Assembly: GCA_943372995.1 (NCBI GenBank)
Contig: CALSAQ010000003.1
Location: 297,443 to 329,442, forward strand
DNA from: Sphingobacterium thalpophilum
GTDB lineage: Bacteria; Bacteroidota; Bacteroidia; Sphingobacteriales; Sphingobacteriaceae
Reading direction: 5' to 3'
DNA length: 32,000 nt
Under the pieces are notes generated by a model. That model did no database searches and had not been told where the DNA came from. It was given only the letters and a program-made list of their open reading frames with translations. Position 1 is the first letter of the stretch. Each line of letters starts with the position of its first letter. A program made the position numbers and the translations under genes. This document shows positions 17,326 to 24,601 of this stretch, piece after piece.

Positions 17326-19160
17326 TAAGCTACAAGTTTTAAAGTTTTACGTATAGAGTCGATAATTACTTTTCTTGCACGATCTCTATCTTCTGGGGTT
17401 ACGGCATTTCCACTTTCCAATTCGGCTTTAATTAGCGACTGCTCACGAGGTGGACGTTGAACAATAATTTTGTTTTGAACATGACTACTAATTCCTGTAA
17501 GTGCGTTAACAATGGTAGTAGTATCAATATCTCTTAATGCAGTTTCTAGTTGTAAGTCGGTTAAGTAAACTACATTTTTAAATCCAACAAATTGTTGCTT
17601 AATATTATTTGCCAATTCTAAATCTTGCGATGCAATGGTACTAATTAATTGATCTTGATCTTCATCCTGCATTTGATCTAAAATATCAAGTATAGATTGT
17701 AATCCATCAAAAGCAACATTCTTCATACCTTTCACATCAATTGCTTTCTTAGAGAAATAGGTTGCCACTTCTCTATATATAGAAGAAGAGATAAAATCAA
17801 TTTTACTCATCTTCATTAAAATTGAAGAACGACGATTAATTTCTATCATGCTCAATACATTTTTACTTCTCTTACTTTCCAATTGAGCTAATAATATTGC
17901 TGATAAATTATCATCCTCTTCTTTAATCATATGAATAATTTGAGAATCGGTAATTTGATTTAAGAATTCAAAGAGGTCTTCATTTCTATCAGGCTCTGCA
18001 TTTAACGAAAGCAATTCTTTACTAAAATCTCTTGCCTCTTGATATTTATCATTATGTGATTTTAATTGATGATTGGAGATTGCCTGATTTAATTCCGAAT
18101 ATGCATTGTCGGACATAAAAGGTCTTAAGAAATTAATCAACTTCGGATTAACAGCATTAAGAGCATTTGCAGCTCTAACCCTTCCCTCTTCTGGATTAGT
18201 TAACATCCAAGTTTCAAACATACTCGCCACTTCTTTAGGATTACTAATTACAGATGTAATGACGTGTTGGCGATTAAATTCGTAATTGATTATATCTTCT
18301 GTTTGATAATTACTTCCACCAGAATCGTTTCCGTTTGGATATATAATATTTAAATCATTTGGATTAGCATTATTCCCTAATAATTTAGCTTCCTCATCAC
18401 CTTTAGATTTCTTATCCGAATCTTTACTCTTACGATAAAGTAAGTACGTAACAAATACTATTATGATAAAACAAAGAATTAGTAAAATAACAAACACATA
18501 CAAAAGAGTATTATCTGTTTCAGCTTTCTCTACTTTATTCTCTGTAGGTTGTACAGCTGGTCTTTGTTCAGGCTCTTTCTGCTGGAAGTAGTTAGGTACT
18601 GGATTAGCAGGTGCTGCATTATTTTTTGCTGTTAAATCTTCTAGGCCTTTTGGAAATACTGAACGTTTAATTTTTACAACATCCCCTTTCGTTTCATCAA
18701 TGGGTATAATTGATCGGATTAATGAATTGATAAAGTCAATATCCGAATTCGAATAAGTAGTATCTACAATTACATTTACATATAGGTATTCTACTTCCTC
18801 AATGCTATATGTGTAATTCTTAGTTGTGTCGACCTCAGAATCTTGATATCCTTTTGGAAGCACTGGCATTCCTGGTAAACGCTGTAAACTTTTTTTTCTC
18901 TTATTTGATGCTGTTGGCTTAATGACCTCCACATTCCCTTGCAACATATTTATATCGACCAAAAAAGTACTCGGAGCAAAGAATTTGGTTAATTCTTGAC
19001 GAACTACGATCTCAAAATTGTTGGCTTGATTTAATGGCTCTGGGTTTTGTCCAGTTTTGGGTTGATACAGGAAAGATTGACTACTGGCTTGTTCAATACA
19101 AACAACACACAGCAAAAAGCTCAAAAAGGTATTAATAAGTATCTTCTTTCCCTCGCTCAT
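17325..19160 (-). CDS. Two-TM protein with a FliF-like periplasmic segment fused to a cytoplasmic full-length FliG homologue (N, M and C domains)
   Basis: 611 aa. An N-terminal hydrophobic segment spans aa 7-27, a periplasmic region spans about aa 28-218, and a TM spans aa 219-242 (LLYVFVILLILCFIIIVFVTYLLY). The cytoplasmic region, about aa 325-608, is colinear with FliG. Matching stretches: GRVRAANALNAVNPKL (FliG-N style), LFEFLNQITDSQIIHMIKEEDDNLSAILLAQLESKRSKNVLSMIE (FliG-M), and FVGFKNVVYLTDLQLETALRDIDTTTIVNALTGIS...RPPREQSLIKAELE...ARKVIIDSIRK (FliG-C, including the torque-helix region). The comparison is against FliG sequences recalled from memory, not a computed search. Confidence 0.7.
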   Translation of the reverse strand: MSEGKKILINTFLSFLLCVVCIEQASSQSFLYQPKTGQNPEPLNQANNFEIVVRQELTKFFAPSTFLVDINMLQGNVEVIKPTASNKRKKSLQRLPGMPVLPKGYQDSEVDTTKNYTYSIEEVEYLYVNVIVDTTYSNSDIDFINSLIRSIIPIDETKGDVVKIKRSVFPKGLEDLTAKNNAAPANPVPNYFQQKEPEQRPAVQPTENKVEKAETDNTLLYVFVILLILCFIIIVFVTYLLYRKSKDSDKKSKGDEEAKLLGNNANPNDLNIIYPNGNDSGGSNYQTEDIINYEFNRQHVITSVISNPKEVASMFETWMLTNPEEGRVRAANALNAVNPKLINFLRPFMSDNAYSELNQAISNHQLKSHNDKYQEARDFSKELLSLNAEPDRNEDLFEFLNQITDSQIIHMIKEEDDNLSAILLAQLESKRSKNVLSMIEINRRSSILMKMSKIDFISSSIYREVATYFSKKAIDVKGMKNVAFDGLQSILDILDQMQDEDQDQLISTIASQDLELANNIKQQFVGFKNVVYLTDLQLETALRDIDTTTIVNALTGISSHVQNKIIVQRPPREQSLIKAELESGNAVTPEDRDRARKVIIDSIRKTLKLVA

Positions 19161-19378
19161 AATTTATCAATGAAATAGTCGATTGGTCTAGTTAATTAGG
19201 GTACTACACATTATAGCCGCTTTTAAAAATATGTATATTTTATATAAAAACAAACATTTTTGAAGCTGCTACAAGCCAATAAATGCCATTAAAGCCCTTT
19301 TTAGACTACTGAAACATGAATAAACAATTAGAAAGAATTGAAAATCAGCAGGTCATAGGCATAATCAAAACCAAAATA

Positions 19379-19783
19379 TTATTCCTTGTCTTCCCAACTT
19401 GATTGGATATTATCTATTTCTCTTCTTTCTTTTTTAGTAGGGCGGCCTGTTCCACGGTCTCTTTTCAAAACAGGGGTTGTAAAAACTGAATGAAACTTAG
19501 GAGCATCATCTTTTGGTGATAAATCTTCAAAATATTTTTGAACTGAACTTGCATCTAGTCTTTTTTCGAGTAATTCGAGAACTTTAACAACTTTCTTTTG
19601 TTGATCTTTTTGAATATGATAAACATCGCCAACTTTAACCACATAAGATGCTTTTATACTTTGCTGGTCTAGTTTAATTTTTCCAGCCTTACATGCATCT
19701 GTAGCTAAACTTCTGGTTTTAAAGATTCGAATGGCCCATAAATATTTATCGATTCTGAGCTTTTCATTTTTTTCAGTTGTCAT
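19379..19783 (-). CDS. S4-domain RNA-binding protein (Hsp15/HslR-like)
   Basis: 134 aa. The S4 motif is RIDKYLWAIRIFKTRSLATDACKAGKIKLDQQSIKASYVVKVGDVYHI, followed by a basic C-terminal tail. Confidence 0.8.
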   Translation of the reverse strand: MTTEKNEKLRIDKYLWAIRIFKTRSLATDACKAGKIKLDQQSIKASYVVKVGDVYHIQKDQQKKVVKVLELLEKRLDASSVQKYFEDLSPKDDAPKFHSVFTTPVLKRDRGTGRPTKKERREIDNIQSSWEDKE

Positions 19784-19851
19784 GGAAAAATATACTCGAT
19801 TGAATTAATTTTTTAAATTACTTTTGTGATGAGAATATAAAATTACACCTT

Positions 19852-20670
19852 ATGATTAATAAATATAAAGAATTAATAGAAAAAGCATGGGAAGATCGTA
19901 ACATGCTAACTTATCCAGATGTAGCACAGGCCATTGAATTTGTAATCGACAAACTTGATAAAGGCGAATTGAGAGTTGCCGAATTAGTATTAAACAGATG
20001 GCATGTAAACGATTGGGTAAAAAAAGCAGTTATTCTATATTTCCCTATTTCTGTTATGCAAGAGACCAAAGTAGGTCCTTTTGTATTTCACGACAAAATG
20101 AAACTAAAAACCAATTATAAAGCTGCAGGAGTAAGAGTAGTTCCTCATGGTGTGGCTAGGTATGGAGCTTTTCTTGCAAAAGGTGTAATTATGATGCCTT
20201 CATACGTAAATATTGGTGCTTATGTTGATGAAGGTACAATGGTTGATACTTGGGCTACGGTAGGTTCTTGTGCTCAAATCGGAAAAAATGTACACCTAAG
20301 TGGTGGTGTTGGAATTGGTGGTGTTTTAGAACCTGTACAAGCCGCACCTGTAATTATAGAAGATGGATGTTTTATTGGTTCTAGATGTATAGTTGTTGAG
20401 GGTGTACGCGTAGAGAAAGAAGCTGTATTAGGAGCAAATGTGGTATTAACTGGTTCTACAAAAATTATAGATGTAACGGGCGACGAACCTGTAGAACATA
20501 AAGGTATTGTTCCATCTCGTTCTGTAGTAATACCTGGTTCTTACACTAAAAAATATCCTGCAGGAGAATATCAAGTACCATGTGCTCTCATTATTGGTAA
20601 ACGTAAAGAATCTACCGATTTAAAAACTTCACTTAATGATACGTTGAGGGAGTATAATGTAGCAGTATAA
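19852..20670 (+). CDS. dapD: 2,3,4,5-tetrahydropyridine-2,6-dicarboxylate N-succinyltransferase
   Basis: 272 aa. It has an N-terminal helical domain followed by left-handed beta-helix hexapeptide repeats (GAYVDEGTMVDTWATVGSCAQIGKNVHLSGGVGIGGVLEP...IIEDGCFIGSRCIVVEGVRV), which is the typical short-form DapD. Confidence 0.85.
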   Translation: MINKYKELIEKAWEDRNMLTYPDVAQAIEFVIDKLDKGELRVAELVLNRWHVNDWVKKAVILYFPISVMQETKVGPFVFHDKMKLKTNYKAAGVRVVPHGVARYGAFLAKGVIMMPSYVNIGAYVDEGTMVDTWATVGSCAQIGKNVHLSGGVGIGGVLEPVQAAPVIIEDGCFIGSRCIVVEGVRVEKEAVLGANVVLTGSTKIIDVTGDEPVEHKGIVPSRSVVIPGSYTKKYPAGEYQVPCALIIGKRKESTDLKTSLNDTLREYNVAV

Positions 20671-20673
20671 ATC

Positions 20674-20761
20674 AATTGTAAATTGTGAATTGTAAATTGT
20701 AAATGAAAAAACTAATACAATTTATTCACAATTTACAATTTACAATTTACAATTTACAATT
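20674..20761. repeat. Long AT-rich inverted repeat built from tandem octamers (TTGTAAAT / ATTTACAA). It forms a 31-bp stem with a 26-nt loop and may be the dapD terminator.
   Basis: The left arm is 20674-20704 (aattgtaaattgtgaattgtaaattgtaaat). Its reverse complement matches 20731-20761 at 30 of 31 positions, counted by hand. The 8-nt periodicity also allows alternative pairing registers. Confidence 0.75.
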
Positions 20762-20762
20762 T

Positions 20763-21896
20763 ATGAAAATCGGTTTCGATGCCAAACGTGCTTTTACAAA
20801 CTATACTGGATTGGGTAATTACAGCCGATCGACAGTAAAGATATTGGCAGAAGAGTTTCGTAACCACCAGTTCTACCTATATACACCCAGAGTGCCGAAT
20901 GAGAATCAAATTAAATTTCTTGATTTACCTCATCATGCAGAAGTACATATTAGAATTCCGAAATCGTTTTTTTATGAATTACTTCCATCATTGTGGCGAC
21001 GTGTGGGTATAACCAAAGACTTGGTTCGTGATGGTATTAATTTATATCATGGACTAAGTCATGAACTTCCAGTTGGCATCGAAAAAACTGGGATTAAAAC
21101 AGTTGTAACAATACATGATTTAATCTTCTTACGTTTCCCCGAATATTATAAAGCTACTGATCGCAAAATTTATGCAAGCAAATTTAAATCGGCCTGTGAA
21201 AATGCTGATTTAGTAATTGCCATATCAGAACAAACCAAAAAAGACATTATACATTTTTTCAATATTGATGAGAAAAAAATTCGAGTGGTATACCAATCAT
21301 GTTCTGAAATTTTTCATCAAAAAATAAATGAAATGTCGTTGATGAAAGTGAGAGTAAAATATCAATTACCAGAGCGTTTTTTGTTGAATGTAGGAACTAT
21401 TGAGCAGAGAAAAAACGCCTTGCTAATTATCAAGTCATTAAATCTACTCAACGAAAATATTCCATTAGTAATCATTGGAAAAGAAACACCTTACGTAAAC
21501 GAATTAAAATCATACTTAGTAAAACAAAATTTAGAACATCGTGTTCAATTTTTACATAAGATATCATTTGATGAGCTTCCTATTATTTATCATTTAGCCT
21601 CTTTATTTATATATCCTTCGCGTTTTGAAGGATTTGGCATCCCAATTATCGAGGCCATTCAGTCTGGAACTCCAGTAATTGCTGCTACAGGATCTTGCTT
21701 AGAAGAAGCAGGTGGACCAAACAGTATTTATGTTTCTCCTGATGATGAAAGTGAATTAGCTCATGCCATTAATCATTTGCTCGTGGCCGATAACACAGAA
21801 CGTATTCTTTCAGGTAAAGAATATGTGAAAAGGTTTGAGCATAGTGCTGTAGCTAATCACATAATGAATGTATACAAAGAATTGATTCCCGAATAA
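20763..21896 (+). CDS. Glycosyltransferase family 4 (GT-B, GT1-fold)
   Basis: The track ORF starts at 20703, inside the hairpin, and its first 20 aa are just translated repeat (LIQFIHNLQFTIYNLQF). The ATG at 20763 gives the typical N-terminus MKIGFDAKRAF. C-terminal motifs are PSRFEGFGIPIIEA and TPVIA. Confidence 0.85.
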   Translation: MKIGFDAKRAFTNYTGLGNYSRSTVKILAEEFRNHQFYLYTPRVPNENQIKFLDLPHHAEVHIRIPKSFFYELLPSLWRRVGITKDLVRDGINLYHGLSHELPVGIEKTGIKTVVTIHDLIFLRFPEYYKATDRKIYASKFKSACENADLVIAISEQTKKDIIHFFNIDEKKIRVVYQSCSEIFHQKINEMSLMKVRVKYQLPERFLLNVGTIEQRKNALLIIKSLNLLNENIPLVIIGKETPYVNELKSYLVKQNLEHRVQFLHKISFDELPIIYHLASLFIYPSRFEGFGIPIIEAIQSGTPVIAATGSCLEEAGGPNSIYVSPDDESELAHAINHLLVADNTERILSGKEYVKRFEHSAVANHIMNVYKELIPE

Positions 21897-21898
21897 GC

Positions 21899-22399
21899 AT
21901 GAATACTCCCTCATTATCTATACTCTTTGAAGCTTTAAAGAACAACGGAATATTGTTTATAGAATATGCTGGAGAATACTATTTCCTTGTCGCTACAAAC
22001 AACCCTGAATTAGTTAAACAAATTGAACTCCATAAAGCAACTGCTGTACTATTGGTCGACTCAACGGTTAAATTAGAGTCGTATGTAAAAGAATTGAACC
22101 CTTTGGTTTATGATTTAGTAGAATATAGTGAGCGTCCAGTGATTTTAGAATTACCTCATGGCACAAACCTTCCCGAAAAAGTTTTACTCTCAGATGGCAG
22201 CTTAAGAGTTAGGGTGGTGCGAAATGGAATACTTCAACAACTTATTCGTAAATACAGGTCTCCGCTATTCTTAATAAACATTACAGAATTAGACCACAAC
22301 AACACTACTACTTATGAGTTTTCTGAAGAAGATGCATTTTTGGATTACTCAGAAATACGTTTAGAACCAAATGGAAAAGTTCAAATTAAAAAGAACTAA
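21899..22399 (+). CDS. Divergent YrdC/Sua5-like domain protein (function unclear)
   Basis: 166 aa. It is weakly colinear with YrdC as recalled from memory (helix-strand start, ...LLVDS...LESYV..., ...PVILELP..., SLRVRVV...LIRKYRSPLF). The usual TSAN-type motif is replaced by LINI. Confidence 0.35.
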   Translation: MNTPSLSILFEALKNNGILFIEYAGEYYFLVATNNPELVKQIELHKATAVLLVDSTVKLESYVKELNPLVYDLVEYSERPVILELPHGTNLPEKVLLSDGSLRVRVVRNGILQQLIRKYRSPLFLINITELDHNNTTTYEFSEEDAFLDYSEIRLEPNGKVQIKKN

Positions 22400-23632
22400 C
22401 TATATAACATTCTTTTTTTCATACTGTCTGATTAACAGATAATACCAGAAGACTCCTAAGGCATACAAAGCTGCTGTAATTAAAAACACACTTGCATACA
22501 TCATCCCAGAGTTTCTTAATATTCTAAAAATAATAGCGCTTAAGAACCAACTACCCGACCAAATCGAAGCTGTTAGCGCTGAAATAATCTCTTGATTTTT
22601 CGGACCAACATAATTCATCACTAGTTCTGATGCAGCTGGCGCAGCCATATTCATTAAAGGCTGGCGAAGAAGAAAGAAAAACACTGCGGCAAAGTAAGCC
22701 CATCCTTCTGCATGATAATATTCTGTACATGCTAGTAATGCTAAAGATATTACTGCAATTGTTTGTGTTCTCGTAATCGCAACCTTATATCCATATCTGT
22801 TCTTTATATGAGGAACAAGCAATGCTGCGAAGGCAACTGTAACCGATGAGAATGCATTAACAATGGAAAACTTTTCAGCACTCATTCCAAATACCTTATA
22901 AAAGAATAAATTGATAAATGGAATGGTTAATCCTGCTCCTACAGCTAAAATTAATGAAGGGGTCATCGCCATAGCTATAACCTTCCAGTCGAAACCCGAA
23001 AGGTCTTTCCGATTACCTTCCACTACAGGTAAAAATTCTTTTTTACCCATTTTCCAAACAAAATAAATGCTTAATGCGGATAAGCATGAAATAAGTAAAA
23101 GCGATTCGTATTCTTTGAACAAGGTCGGAGAAAAGTAATTTAATAAAAACACTAGTGTTCCTGATACAATCATTGCGAAGCTATACGTAGAATAACTCAG
23201 TGAAATTGCTGCGCTCTGATTAGGCAACGAAGTATTTCTAATGATAAAGGGCAATGCAAGTACTTGCATAAAGGCATAGGAAACACCCCAGAATGCCAAA
23301 GCAAAATGAACTAATACAGGTAAGTTATATTCAACAAATAAAAGAATACAAACACTAAACAACGAAACTCCAATAGATGCAATGTAAAAGAAGGGTATTA
23401 TTTTTCTTCCTTTGATAAATAAACCCAATGGGAATGCCAGCAACATTACACTTAAGAATCTCCATGAAATAAAATCTGCTATCTCTGGGTCGGTATACCC
23501 TTTCTTAGCCAAATAAATATTTAATACCATCATCATTGCGGCATTTACCATTTGAATAAAAAACTCAGCAGCGATCATGTACACTACTGTTTTTTCTATT
23601 AATCGGTAAGGGCGCAACATTCGGCTTATCAT
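22400..23632 (-). CDS. MFS-type transporter (about 12 TM)
   Basis: 410 aa and hydrophobic throughout, with about 12 predicted TM segments. A basic loop after TM2 (LFIKGRKI) resembles MFS motif A. It overlaps the miaA stop by 4 nt. Confidence 0.65.
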   Translation of the reverse strand: MISRMLRPYRLIEKTVVYMIAAEFFIQMVNAAMMMVLNIYLAKKGYTDPEIADFISWRFLSVMLLAFPLGLFIKGRKIIPFFYIASIGVSLFSVCILLFVEYNLPVLVHFALAFWGVSYAFMQVLALPFIIRNTSLPNQSAAISLSYSTYSFAMIVSGTLVFLLNYFSPTLFKEYESLLLISCLSALSIYFVWKMGKKEFLPVVEGNRKDLSGFDWKVIAMAMTPSLILAVGAGLTIPFINLFFYKVFGMSAEKFSIVNAFSSVTVAFAALLVPHIKNRYGYKVAITRTQTIAVISLALLACTEYYHAEGWAYFAAVFFFLLRQPLMNMAAPAASELVMNYVGPKNQEIISALTASIWSGSWFLSAIIFRILRNSGMMYASVFLITAALYALGVFWYYLLIRQYEKKNVI

Positions 23633-24519
23633 GCTATATTTTTTTGCTGGATATATTTAATTATAGAATCTCTATCTTTTATATTAAACCAAGTAATTTC
23701 TTTATCTCTATTAAACCAGGTCAGTTGCCTCTTTGCATATCTTCTGGTATTTCTTTTTATTAATTCAATTGCTTCTTCTCTACTTGTTTTTCCATCAAAG
23801 TAATCGAACCATTCCGAATAGCCAACAGTCTGAAGAGTATAGGCTTCTTTATGTGGATAGAAAAACCGAGATTCTTCTTCTAATCCATTTTTTATCATCT
23901 CATCAACGCGAGTATTAATTCTCTGATATAAAATCTCTCTATCGTCTGTAAGACCAATTTTAATGATGTTAAAATTCCGATCTTTCTTCTGACCAGTTCT
24001 CAAGCTTGAATAAGTATTTCCCGACAATGTAATTACTTCTATAGCTCGCATTAAACGTTGAGGGTTTTGCAAATCTACTTCGTTGTAATATTGAGGGTCG
24101 AGCAACTTTAATTTCTCTTGTAATACCTCTAATGATAATTCCGAAAGCTCATGTCTCAACTCATCATCTCGCAAATCCACAGGATCTAATCCTTCACACA
24201 GAGCTTGTACATATAAACCAGAGCCACCAACTACTACCACAGCCTCATACTTAGTAAATAACTCTTGCAAAATAGTTAATGCTAAACGTTCGAAAGTACC
24301 TGCATCTACGAGTTCTGTGTATGAATGTGAATTAATGAGGTGATGTTTAACGGCTGATAGTTCCTCTACACTTGGTTTTGCGGTACCAATTTCTAATTCT
24401 TTATAAAACTGCCTAGAATCAGCAGAAATTATTTCTGTACCCAATTGTTTAGCAACATCAATTGCTAATGCTGTTTTCCCAACTGCTGTTGGACCTACGA
24501 TGAGTACTATATGTTTCAT
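23629..24519 (-). CDS. miaA: tRNA dimethylallyltransferase
   Basis: 296 aa. It has the P-loop IVGPTAVGKTALAI, plus SADSRQFYKELEIGTAKP and RYAKRQLTWF, all typical MiaA motifs. Confidence 0.93.
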   Translation of the reverse strand: MKHIVLIVGPTAVGKTALAIDVAKQLGTEIISADSRQFYKELEIGTAKPSVEELSAVKHHLINSHSYTELVDAGTFERLALTILQELFTKYEAVVVVGGSGLYVQALCEGLDPVDLRDDELRHELSELSLEVLQEKLKLLDPQYYNEVDLQNPQRLMRAIEVITLSGNTYSSLRTGQKKDRNFNIIKIGLTDDREILYQRINTRVDEMIKNGLEEESRFFYPHKEAYTLQTVGYSEWFDYFDGKTSREEAIELIKRNTRRYAKRQLTWFNRDKEITWFNIKDRDSIIKYIQQKNIA

Positions 24520-24531
24520 TAATTACAAAAT

Positions 24532-24595
24532 GTAAATTACAAATTGTAAATTACGAACTACATTTTTCATTTACAATTTACAATTCGTAATTCAC
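24532..24595 (-). terminator. Hairpin from the same TTGTAAAT-word family, downstream of the 193-aa gene. It is a candidate intrinsic terminator.
   Basis: The arm at 24532-24552 (gtaaattacaaattgtaaatt) pairs with 24575-24595 (aatttacaattcgtaattcac) at 19 of 21 positions, with a 22-nt loop. On the minus strand the stem is followed by AUUUUGUAAUUA and then the miaA ATG. Confidence 0.45.
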
Positions 24596-24601
24596 AACTG
24601 A

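Noticed and set aside
14207-19160. Reading the cluster as part of an ordinary flagellar locus
   Set aside because: Nothing else flagellar (fliM/N, flhA/B, fliI, rod, hook, flagellin) is present in 32 kb, and the FliG homologue is fused to its own membrane anchor. This cannot be excluded without the whole genome, so it is listed as the refutation test of the main finding.
19161-19378. The 218-bp intergenic region upstream of the motor operon as a possible small RNA, riboswitch or tRNA
   Set aside because: I could see no cloverleaf-compatible stems, no GC-rich helices and no recognisable riboswitch motifs. There are only near-matches to promoter words (AATGTTTG, TATTTTTA). It is probably just the promoter and 5'-UTR region.
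20703-20762. Upstream ATG at 20703 as the glycosyltransferase start (per the ORF track)
   Set aside because: The extra 20 codons are the translated octamer repeat inside the hairpin loop and right arm. The ATG at 20763 gives the canonical MKIGFDAKRAF N-terminus of GT4 enzymes.
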